32,000 bases of DNA from Coprobacillaceae bacterium (GTDB taxonomy: Bacteria > Bacillota_I > Bacilli_A > Erysipelotrichales > Coprobacillaceae): NCBI GenBank assembly GCA_963675515.1, contig OY776328.1, positions 1,440,001 to 1,472,000 on the forward strand. The letters run 5' to 3'. The stretch's first letter is position 1, and each line of letters begins with the position of its first letter. Shown one piece after another: positions 8,723-17,135 of this stretch. The position numbers were made by a program, and so were the translations under genes. The notes under the pieces are model-generated. The model made no database searches. It was not told the DNA's origin and was given only the letters and a program-made list of their open reading frames with translations.

Positions 8723-8951
8723 AGTTAGAACATCTCTACCACATACCATTCTGATTCCCTTTTAGATGTAATGATATACTCCTGTTCTAACTTGCATTCG
8801 GGGCTTTCTTGATAATCCTTCTTTTTGGTAAGCTAAGCTGTTCGCCCCGGATGTATCCCCGGTGGATTTTTTCTCGACATGCCACGGGAATACAACTGCA
8901 TATTTGATCAAGCGCAGGCAATTGGGCTTACCTGGGCTTGATTTTTATTTT
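8723..8951 (+). ncRNA. candidate structured small RNA or orphan leader, copy 2
   Basis: Promoter TTGACA (8688-8693), 17 nt spacer, TATGAT (8711-8716). Helix gttagaaca (8724-8732) / tgttctaac (8783-8791). Helix gcattcgggg (8794-8803) / ccccggatgt (8845-8854). Terminator atcaagc-g-cagg / cctg-g-gcttgat plus tttttatttt (8907-8951). No CDS follows. Confidence 0.4.
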
Positions 8952-9941
8952 AGGGGCCGCCTCTAATGGTATAAGCGGCCGGTTCTAGGATCCTGGTCAG
9001 CTCGAAAGATCGAATCCATAGCGCTGGATAGAAGCGATTGCTGCTTCCTGGCGCTTGATTTGAAATTCCTTGAAAAAACTTGTGATTTTATCGTTTTGAA
9101 AAAGTGACGATGGAATCGATGCTTTTCAAAAAGTCGGTGCAGTTCATGAAAAAAAATAAAAAAATAATGAGAAAAAATAAAGTAATCGTCATTATCCCCA
9201 AGCATAGATAACAGGAGGATGAATAAACCGGTAAAATTGCCCCCTGGTTTTCCAGGTAAAACAGTTGGAGACAGCGACCATGAAAGATCCAGCCAGCTGG
9301 CCAGCAAGGGTTATTGATTATCGGGATTGCATCACTCCTAAATGACGGGACCTTAGCTAAAAACCGATCTATGACATTTGGACAAGGAGGATAGAAATGG
9401 ATGATTACAACGCATGTGAAGCTATGAATTGCCATTGGCGGATTGAGCCAACGCCATTGCCACCATGAAAGATGATTGCCTGATTGAGGGATGCGGGGCA
9501 ACATGCTTTTAAGACCATCCCTGTTCGTGCCTGCAAGATGGCGACATGGACTGGAGACTGGGTTTTGCAGCCTTAGCCGGCCGGGATTAAAGGCGATACC
9601 GGATATCGGGCCGGTTGGTGCAGGCGGGAACAGATCGGTTTGACTGGTATGGTCGGTCTATAGTATACTGGAAACAGTGTGGCTAAGCAGGCTGGAGCCA
9701 TTGAAGATGATGAATAATAAAAATATCGTGCAGGACACGGTCGGGAGTTGATAGTTGATAGATGATATTGAAAGATAAATAAACCACCTGGTTGCAACAC
9801 TACACTACCAGGGATGGAGACGGGTTCGATTATGCAACCCGGTAAAAAACAGTCGGATATGAAAAATCGGGATTGGGGCCAGGGGCTACAATCGTAGATA
9901 GATGAACAAGAAAACAGGGCAAAGGCCCAGAGGAGAAGAAA

Positions 9942-10463
9942 ATGGAAAACAACAAAATGGAACAGAAAGAATTCGAAGAGAGAATGGCAAGAACCCGGGA
10001 AATGGTGGTCAATATGACCAATGAGGCGGCAGCCAATGTCGAACAGCTCAATGGCCTGATCGAATCGGATCATTTCATGAATATGGAAGCCAACGAAGTA
10101 GCCGGTACGGCGGTGATCATGGAGTTCATCGTAAGGCTGCAAAACAAGATGTTATGGAATATCGAGAATATGGACCTGACCTCAAAGCTGATTCTTAAAG
10201 AAGCGATGGAAGAGATCGCCATCGAAGGAGTCATCGGCGGGGAAATGCGCGATACTATTTCACGACTCAACAACCTGCAGCTGCTTATCAAAGCGACCCT
10301 TGATGACGGGGAGGGTTACCGCAAGAAAATCAACGTGGCCATCGGAGCTTTGGAAGAGGCTTTCGACGAGCTCAAGGAAGAAATCATCGAAAAGGGTGAA
10401 CAGGATCCCGGGTCTCAGGAAATCAATTCACTGATCCGGATGATGACCCATTCCAACTGGTAA
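9942..10463 (+). CDS. family-B acidic helical protein (copy B0), function unknown
   Basis: 173 aa with RBS aggagaag. It is alignable by eye with 15233..15709 and 16196..16651: NMTNEAAANVEQLNGLIESDHFMNMEANEV versus DLAKKAAINGTDLFKMIDDDYLDSLEVDEI. A strong terminator follows. Confidence 0.7.
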   Translation: MENNKMEQKEFEERMARTREMVVNMTNEAAANVEQLNGLIESDHFMNMEANEVAGTAVIMEFIVRLQNKMLWNIENMDLTSKLILKEAMEEIAIEGVIGGEMRDTISRLNNLQLLIKATLDDGEGYRKKINVAIGALEEAFDELKEEIIEKGEQDPGSQEINSLIRMMTHSNW

Positions 10464-10468
10464 TCGGG

Positions 10469-10503
10469 TAACTGGCTCCAAACAAGGAGTCAGTTATTTT
10501 TTT
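10469..10503 (+). terminator. rho-independent terminator after B0
   Basis: 10-bp stem aactggctcc (10469-10478) / ggagtcagtt (10485-10494), loop aaacaa, then a T8 run. Confidence 0.75.
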
Positions 10504-10641
10504 GTGCCCGCACATATGGTGAAATTTCCCAAGGACAAGCACATCCGCAAATTAAACGGTGCTGGTTATTGGCGACACATCGTGGTATCCTTTCACTATG
10601 AACTATGGATAAGAAAACCAGGTCAATGGAAGGATAAAAAA

Positions 10642-12036
10642 ATGCCAAAAAAACCGCGATTGAGTTTCGATATGGAAAAAGAGCTGGATCAGCTGACCGC
10701 AGGCCAGCTCAAAGAATTCGTGAAGCTGGTCTGCACTAGTGAGCCGCGAATCAAAGAACTTTTAAGGGACTTTGTGACAGTCAAGCCGGCGCAACTCGTA
10801 CTTGATGATTACCGGCACAAGTACCAGAGCATAATCATCAACGCCCTGGACGATGATGACCGGCTTGACTGGTATCAAGCCGAGACCTTGCATAAGGAGC
10901 TGCTTGACTTCATTTCCTTTGATGTGACGGGCCTGGTGGCCCAGGGAAAATACGACGATGTTTTCGAACTGACGCTGGGTCTGCTTCTCGAGCTCTATGA
11001 ACTAGGTGAGGACTATGATGAACTTGATCCCGGAGTCATCCTCGAGCGCTGCTCGAAGATATGGAAAAGGGCAATCGGGAAGCTGAATCCGCTCCAGAAG
11101 CACAAGGTTCTTGAAAGCATCATGAAGAGTCTGGTTAATTGCCATTACTACAACACCGGGGATTTCCAAGCCGGTCTCAAGGACCTGCTTATCAGCCGTT
11201 TCAAGGATAAAAAGTTCCACGGCAAGCTCAGGGATTTTTTCAAAGCGGAACTTATGGCGGCACAGCAAAAGGATGGCAACCAGGTAAGTCGCCATCAGTT
11301 GCAGGCCCTGGATTACCTGCGCCTGCTTGAAGCGATATCCAAAGATGACAAAGAGATTGGTGATTTCATCGCCAGGTACTGGCATTGTTTCACCATCAGG
11401 GAGCATGTTGCCAATCAGGCTTTAGCCAACAAGGATTATGACAGAGCGGCTTTGATTTTGGAAGCCAACCTGAAAGAAGGCGGCCTGACCAGACGGCAGA
11501 TAGATGATCAGGTAACGGCTTTGAAGGAGATCTATCTAAAAACAGGCAATGTCAAGGACTTGCTTGGTCTTTTGGAGCGAATCGTGGTCGAATACACGCC
11601 CGGTAATCTCGAAGCCTACCGGGAACTCAAGGGTCACTTTACTCCAAGCGAGTGGGAGAAAAAAAGCCGGTCGATCATAGCCCGGCTGCCCAAATTAGCC
11701 AATATTGCCAGGATCTTCAGGGAAGATGAGCGCTACGATGATCTTATGGCCTATGTGATCAAGAAGGACGGTCTAAATGATCTGATCAAATACGAGGCCA
11801 TCCTCGGTCCCCTTTACCCCAACCAGGTCGTGGCCAAGTATGTCCAGGAGATAACCAGGCAGGTGGCTAATGCCAAAAGCCGCAATCAGTACAAGGATCT
11901 TGCCAAGCTGCTTGGACGACTGGGAAAATATGATAAAGGCAAAGCAGAGGCAAGCAAAATCATCGCTTCATGGCAGGAAACATACAGCTTTAAACCGGCT
12001 CTGATGGAAGAAATCGCAAAGGTAAAGATCGACTGA
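10642..12036 (+). CDS. alpha-helical repeat protein (protein C), function unknown
   Basis: ATG at 10642 follows ggaagga with a 7-nt spacer. The product is 464 aa, all-helical by composition, with TPR-like segments (ANQALANKDYDRAALILEANL). I saw no catalytic motif. The track start at 10504 (GTG) has no RBS. Confidence 0.7.
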   Translation: MPKKPRLSFDMEKELDQLTAGQLKEFVKLVCTSEPRIKELLRDFVTVKPAQLVLDDYRHKYQSIIINALDDDDRLDWYQAETLHKELLDFISFDVTGLVAQGKYDDVFELTLGLLLELYELGEDYDELDPGVILERCSKIWKRAIGKLNPLQKHKVLESIMKSLVNCHYYNTGDFQAGLKDLLISRFKDKKFHGKLRDFFKAELMAAQQKDGNQVSRHQLQALDYLRLLEAISKDDKEIGDFIARYWHCFTIREHVANQALANKDYDRAALILEANLKEGGLTRRQIDDQVTALKEIYLKTGNVKDLLGLLERIVVEYTPGNLEAYRELKGHFTPSEWEKKSRSIIARLPKLANIARIFREDERYDDLMAYVIKKDGLNDLIKYEAILGPLYPNQVVAKYVQEITRQVANAKSRNQYKDLAKLLGRLGKYDKGKAEASKIIASWQETYSFKPALMEEIAKVKID

Positions 12037-12206
12037 TGCCTTTAAGAACCCAACCGAAGATCGCGTCACAGGATGAATGTTCGAAAAAGCCGGAAGCATC
12101 GACCTTATTGGCACCAATTGAAGAGTTCAAGCAGGTTTCGGTAAGATTTGGCGACATCTGCCATTGGCGGTTATCCCGGTTAACATCCAATAATATTGAT
12201 TAATGA

Positions 12207-12233
12207 GTCCACCTTATAGCGGTGGGCTTTTTT
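12207..12233 (+). terminator. rho-independent terminator
   Basis: Stem gtccacc (12207-12213) / ggtgggc (12221-12227), a 7-nt loop, then tttttt. Confidence 0.6.
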
Positions 12234-13642
12234 AACGGGTGCAAGATGGTGCGGTCTAAAAAAATGAGGAAGCGAACAACCATTAATTCATCCGAAGTCA
12301 ATGATATCAAACAATCAGCAAACCGATCAACCGGGTTTCAAGGAGGGTAATCAGGGATAATCCAAATCCGGATTGGCTGGTGTAATCAGCCGGGTCGCAA
12401 CACTCAGGTGGCTATACTCCTGAAACATCCCGGCTTTTGATTCAAGCGTAAGTTGGGATGGTGGAAGAACCTGTTCAATCCGGGCGGGGCTCTTTTTCTT
12501 GGCGCTGATGATCGGATGGTGAATAATCGAGAAGCAAGGGAGCGGACAGTGTGATATGAGCTGATTTGGGATTGCAATAACAGCTCATATTTCCATTCTA
12601 AGAGCGGTTTGAGAAAGTTGGGTATATCGATATCCGTATAACGCTAAAGCGGCGTGAAGACCATGTGATGATGATTTGGGTGCTATCAAGCGTTCAGGTA
12701 TTCATGGAACGCCACAAGAACTCCACTTTCACCAAGTGGCATTCAAGGTCTGGTGAAAACAGGATGACGCATTACTGAATTATTCGCGCCGGATGCAAAC
12801 CGAGTATCAGTGCTGGTTTCGCAATTTTGGTTACTGGATTCAAGGTTGATGTCCAGGAAAAGTCTGGGAATTATTCCAATGAGCATTAAATTACTTTCTA
12901 ATTTTGAAACGTTTAGTGAGATCCTTGACATTGGTGGTGGACTCACGTACAATTTATCCCTGTTAGGGCAACCGTCCCGAGTCCCCAATAGGAAATTTGT
13001 AATAATAAATCCAGGTTGTTCTAGCGCCAGTCAGAAAAGCAACTGATAAACATTGCTCAATAGTTTTATGTGTTAGTTGCTTTTCTGGCTGATTCCCCAA
13101 ATCAATGGCCACAAGCAGCTTTTTCTTTGCGGTCATTATCATAACGGATAAAATCAAGGTGAAGTAATTTGGTTTTTAAATTACGCTCCTTGATTTTTTA
13201 ATAGCGTCTCCATAAGGAGAAAACGAGTTGATTGGCGAATTGGCGTTTTTTAAGACGGAATCTGAAAATTCGCAGGAGGCGAACTTTTTAAGAATGTCGT
13301 CATGGTCGATGTTAGTGTGTCTTGATATTTCCAGACTGATGGAAGCGAAGAAAAGGCGATGAAAAATAATGGGACTGGAAACTGGATGGCCCCAGGGGAT
13401 TCCGTAAGCGGCAGTGGCGCTGAAAGCTTTGCGCGAATGTTTTTCTGGCTTGGCTAGCCTATCCGATGATTTCAACTGGCTGGCAATCAAAATAGAAAAG
13501 GGTGCGATTTTCAGCTGAACTTGATTGTGGCCACACACCAGGAAGTTCCTGCCCGCAAATCAAAACGGCGCTATCATGCCTTAAGGCTTAAAGATCCACC
13601 GGTTGATAAATGCTTCAGAATTCCAAATAAGAGGAGATGACA

Positions 13643-14917
13643 ATGACAATCCACATAGTAGACCCAATCGAATCGCTAGACTTTCCCAAAACTGTTACCA
13701 ATGCCCTGGTAAGATTTGGGATCCTCACTGTTGGTGACCTGCTTGGGCATCGCCGGGATGAGATTTGGGAAATCAAGGATTTCGGGCCGCTTGGCAAGGA
13801 AAGCGTCAATTCCTTCCTGCGCCGGATAGTTGAAAAGCAAATTGTCATTGTCGACCTGGGTGATATGAGCAACTATAATGCGCTAATGGAAATGGCTCCA
13901 AGGACTTTCTTTCATATCGACGGGCTTTACTACCGCGATGTATTTGTAAGAAATTTGGGTCTTGGTCCGATTGTCACCAACAGTCTTAAGAATGAAGGAT
14001 ACCTGTGGCTTTCACAGATTATCCATCTGGATCAAAGCGATCTGGCAGGACTGCCAAACATGGGAAAAAAAACAGTCAAGGATGCCTTGGAGGCCATCGG
14101 GCGGATAGTCCTGGTGCTCGATGTCTTGGCCCATGAAAACTTCACCATAACGCCTGAGTTGATCGCGAACAAGTTCCGGCTGGAATTTAATGAAACAATG
14201 GATATCGACCTGGTTGAACACTTTCAGGCGATGATTGGTTTTTATCGGGAGTTGTTTGATGAATTTGGCTTAGATCACGACTACCTAAATGACCTGACAA
14301 TCCGGGAGCGGCTGCGCCAAGAGAGCTATGTAAGATTAAAATACCAGGAGTTCTTGTTTGATTCCATCCGGAATTCCGGTTACGGTCTTGATCTGGATAT
14401 GATCATCGAGAAGACCCCGGAAGTCTTGCGCGGTGTGAACTATATCCGGGAAAATGTCCAAGTCCTGCACAACAGCAAGAAGATAAGGTACCTTGACGGC
14501 CGGACAATGGTTCAAAACGGTCCGTCATTCATCACGGGAGCCAAAAGACATTTGAGTGAATTGCAGTATGCCATCCTGATGAAGTATGTCGAAGGCAGTT
14601 CGATTGAGGCCATTGCCAGTGATCAGGCTCATTCCTGGAAGTGGGCTGTGGAGCATATCGAAGCGCTTTTTAAAAGCATCAAAGACGCTGATCTGAATTT
14701 CGCTGAGGATGTTTACCTGGAGCTTATGCTTAACTACGATATCTCCTATAAGCAGTTCGCCAAGGTTGTGGCCGATCCAAGGATCTACCGCTACCTTGAC
14801 CTGAATTGCCGCTATGGTGCAAACAAATATAAAAATAACCGCTTGCCCCTGGAGAAGATCAGAGAGGACAATGAAATGCCACAATATTACAAAGGACTGT
14901 TCAGTCCGTTTTTATAA
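13643..14917 (+). CDS. family-A protein (copy A1): two RpoA alpha-CTD-like HhH modules plus a sigma-70 region-4-like HTH
   Basis: GAGGAG (13631-13636) sits 6 nt before ATG 13643; the track ATG at 13637 has zero spacing. IESLDFPKTVTNALVRFGILTVGDLLGHRRDEIWEIKDFGPLGKESVNSFL aligns with B. subtilis-type alpha-CTD ([32 protein letters not shown]). The second module is LGLGPIVTNSLKNEGYLWLSQI..LPNMGKKTVKDALEAI. The C-terminal part LSELQYAILMKYVEGSSIEAIAS..HIEALFKSI resembles sigma region 4.2. Confidence 0.8.
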   Translation: MTIHIVDPIESLDFPKTVTNALVRFGILTVGDLLGHRRDEIWEIKDFGPLGKESVNSFLRRIVEKQIVIVDLGDMSNYNALMEMAPRTFFHIDGLYYRDVFVRNLGLGPIVTNSLKNEGYLWLSQIIHLDQSDLAGLPNMGKKTVKDALEAIGRIVLVLDVLAHENFTITPELIANKFRLEFNETMDIDLVEHFQAMIGFYRELFDEFGLDHDYLNDLTIRERLRQESYVRLKYQEFLFDSIRNSGYGLDLDMIIEKTPEVLRGVNYIRENVQVLHNSKKIRYLDGRTMVQNGPSFITGAKRHLSELQYAILMKYVEGSSIEAIASDQAHSWKWAVEHIEALFKSIKDADLNFAEDVYLELMLNYDISYKQFAKVVADPRIYRYLDLNCRYGANKYKNNRLPLEKIREDNEMPQYYKGLFSPFL

Positions 14918-15232
14918 CAAGTGGATGAACGCCAAATGGTGCTTATTAGTTGCTGGTAACCGGTTATGTGGTGGTCCTGGTCGTAGTCGCAAAAGTAAAA
15001 ATTTCGCTCTGACACTAAACCGGTAAAGATCCAGACTGAAATGGATCCGGTCCTGGAATTGTGAAGAGCAAATACCTTCAAATCTGAACATCTTGGGATT
15101 GTTCAAGGGGTTATGGGGTAATGGAAGTACAATAAACAAGAAGGCAGAAATGATGGCTTTTGTGCCGGTAGTGCTTGCCATTGAAATATGTTGTATAGAA
15201 GTATTATATTAAGAGATGAGAGGAAAAGAAAA

Positions 15233-15709
15233 ATGAAACAAACGAAAATAAAGCGAAATAATGTTGAATTTACAGTAGGAGAAGCCAAGGCTGCAGTCAA
15301 TGACCTAGCAAAAAAAGCCGCCATTAACGGTACGGATTTATTCAAAATGATCGATGATGATTATCTTGATAGTCTTGAAGTTGATGAGATACTATCTGCA
15401 GGATTCTTACTGACTTCTATCGTTGAAAGCCAGGATCAGATGTTTGATAGCATCAAAGAAAAGTGTGTCATGCCACCTGAAGCTAATGAGGAACCTGAGA
15501 ATTTTTCAATGCAAGTAAAAGAAGTGATAATGGATAAATTGCTGGAAATCATAAGCGACTTGGAGATATTTCAATCGGCCCTGGTCGATCATCTCGATAA
15601 CGATGATGGTGTAAGTGCAATCCTGGAAAATTCGACCAAACCATTGCATCAAGTCATCAACTATCTCAAGGAACATGAAGGCGTGGTTGATACAAAAGGG
15701 GTAAGCTAG
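15233..15709 (+). CDS. family-B acidic helical protein (copy B1)
   Basis: ATG at 15233 lies 9 nt after gagagga. The product is 158 aa and a clear paralogue of 16196..16651: AAINGTDLFKMIDDDYLDSL versus AAINSVDFNAMIDDGYLDSL. Confidence 0.75.
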   Translation: MKQTKIKRNNVEFTVGEAKAAVNDLAKKAAINGTDLFKMIDDDYLDSLEVDEILSAGFLLTSIVESQDQMFDSIKEKCVMPPEANEEPENFSMQVKEVIMDKLLEIISDLEIFQSALVDHLDNDDGVSAILENSTKPLHQVINYLKEHEGVVDTKGVS

Positions 15710-16061
15710 AGAAGTCAGACAATCCAATGTGCTTTTGGTATGCAAAGCATTTATTTGCATCGCATTTTCACATCCCGGGATGTAATTGGGATTGTGGTAA
15801 GAGTAAATGGGCACTTGCTTTTACTGCGGTAATTACAAAAACTTCCTGTAGTGTCTAGCTGACGTGGATAATTGGAACAGAAACATTTCTTGGGGTGCTT
15901 ACAAAATCGGCGCTGTCTTCAAGTGCTAGAGATGGTTCTAAATGGCCACTACAAGTTGAGTCTTGTTGAACTTATGAAACAGCGGAATAATTTCCAATCA
16001 ATCAGCTATATGGTCCAGGATTGTCACATCGACATTCCAAGATCATGTTCACTCTCTTGAG

Positions 16062-16090
16062 TTGAGAATGGAGTGTTAATTATTTATAGT
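16062..16090 (+). promoter_or_regulatory. sigma-A-type promoter duplicated from the vanZ-like gene promoter
   Basis: TTGAGA (16062-16067), 17 nt spacer, TATAGT (16085-16090). It is homologous in sequence and spacing to TTGACA-17-TAAAGT at 25318-25346. Confidence 0.5.
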
Positions 16091-16122
16091 TTATATAACG
16101 AATTTGGGGTGGGGGAAAACTT

Positions 16123-16185
16123 ATGGTTGTTTTGGAAGTTGTAGCTTTTATAATCAGGGATATCGGCTTGTCAATGAGAAACTGA
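16123..16185 (+). pseudogene. 5' remnant of a vanZ-like paralogue (20 codons then stop)
   Basis: The 21-nt string atggttgttttggaagttgta is identical to 25379-25399. The remnant MVVLEVVAFIIRDIGLSMRN* compares with MVVLEVVFVIFKEIALSLFS in the full gene. Confidence 0.7.
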
Positions 16186-16195
16186 AAGGAAAAGG

Positions 16196-16651
16196 ATGAA
16201 ACAAATGAAATATGAAAATGATGGAATCAAGAAGCAAATAGCGGACTTGGCAAGACAAGCTGCAATCAACAGTGTGGATTTTAACGCGATGATAGATGAT
16301 GGTTATCTTGATTCCTTATCAAAAGAAGACGCGCAAGCGACCCTGGCCTTCATGACCTTCATCGTGGATAACCATGAAAGGATGATGGTATCTGTCGATG
16401 ATTCTCGCAAATTGGCCCCGGAGGCTCCGGCTGATCCCAAGAAACTGGAAAAAATGGTTAAGGCGGCGATGATGGCGAAGATCGATGGCGCGATCGATGA
16501 ACTGATGGAAATTCAGGCGGCTTTGAGGGATCGCCTGGAAAGAAATGACATCATCAATGCCATGATTGAAGAATCAATCGAGCCGCTGATCGAGGCCATC
16601 ACCCTGCTTGGTGAAAGAGAAACTTTTGCAACTGGAAGGGAAGTTCACTGA
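16196..16651 (+). CDS. family-B acidic helical protein (copy B2)
   Basis: 151 aa and a paralogue of B1 along its whole length. RBS-like aaaggaaaagg. An alternative ATG lies at 16205. Confidence 0.75.
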   Translation: MKQMKYENDGIKKQIADLARQAAINSVDFNAMIDDGYLDSLSKEDAQATLAFMTFIVDNHERMMVSVDDSRKLAPEAPADPKKLEKMVKAAMMAKIDGAIDELMEIQAALRDRLERNDIINAMIEESIEPLIEAITLLGERETFATGREVH

Positions 16652-17135
16652 TTTCCGGGGCCTTTGATTGTCGTTTTTTCGATGATAATCCAAATTGGCC
16701 AGAAGGACGCTATGGTCTAAGGATGAAGTCCAGACAAGGCGGATCTGGATAAGATAGTGGATGAGGATGATTTCGAGGCGGTGGAAGATCAAATGCGGTA
16801 TTCTAGCGTTGACCCCGTTCTTTTCCGGGTGGATATCCCGGACTGGATCTTTGACTGGTAATGCAAATCTGACATGGATATGGATAAGGCAGACCGCGAC
16901 CTAACAATAGCACCCACGACTTAAACCGAATCATCAGGCTGGAGTTGGTCCTGGAGGTAAAATGGGGTGATCTAATTCGGGTATCTTAGATGTGGCGAGT
17001 AAAGTTTAGGCGATTCAGGTGAAGATGTTGGATTATTAGTCATCAAATTTGAAGGTCAGACATAATTAATATTAATGAATAGACGATGGATGTTCTTTAT
17101 TGGTGAGGCAAAATATTTGCTTTTAAAGATCCGTT

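Noticed and set aside
7677-8791. GTTAG(A/G)ACA / TGTTCTAAC arms of the two RNA candidates as MITE-like derivatives of the IS1634-like element (IR core GGTTAGAA)
   Set aside because: The similarity covers only 7-9 nt, and the arms are oriented like the internal palindrome rather than like the IS termini. No TSD is visible. A short shared motif is within chance expectation for 32 kb.
8963-10142. Minus-strand ORFs 8963..9307, 9088..9504, 9573..10142 and 9830..10051
   Set aside because: They overlap each other and the B0 CDS, lack RBSs, and have an odd composition rich in Phe, Cys, Pro, Trp and Ile. I do not regard them as genes, and the region is reported as ORF-poor instead.
9430-12171. Shared 12-mer tgccattggcgg at 9430 and 12160
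   Set aside because: Tens of 12-mer coincidences are expected within 32 kb, and the flanks do not align.
12743-13538. Three consecutive minus-strand ORFs considered as a frameshifted TnpB or transposase-like gene (AIDLG-like string)
   Set aside because: I could not find RuvC, zinc-finger or DDE motifs in a consistent order and recognised no family. It is kept only as a low-interest finding and needs BLASTX.
15150-15212. 20-aa hydrophobic mini-ORF (MMAFVPVVLAIEICCIEVLY) with an RBS-like aagaagg upstream of B1
   Set aside because: It could be a small membrane peptide, but it is very short and I cannot assess conservation. It lies in an AT-rich leader where such ORFs arise by chance.
16727-16860. 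Startless 44-codon frame ending ..DEDDFEAVEDQMRYSSVDPVLFRVDIPDWIFDW*
   Set aside because: It looks protein-like and may be a C-terminal remnant, but it has no start, RBS or recognisable family and is too short to support as a feature.
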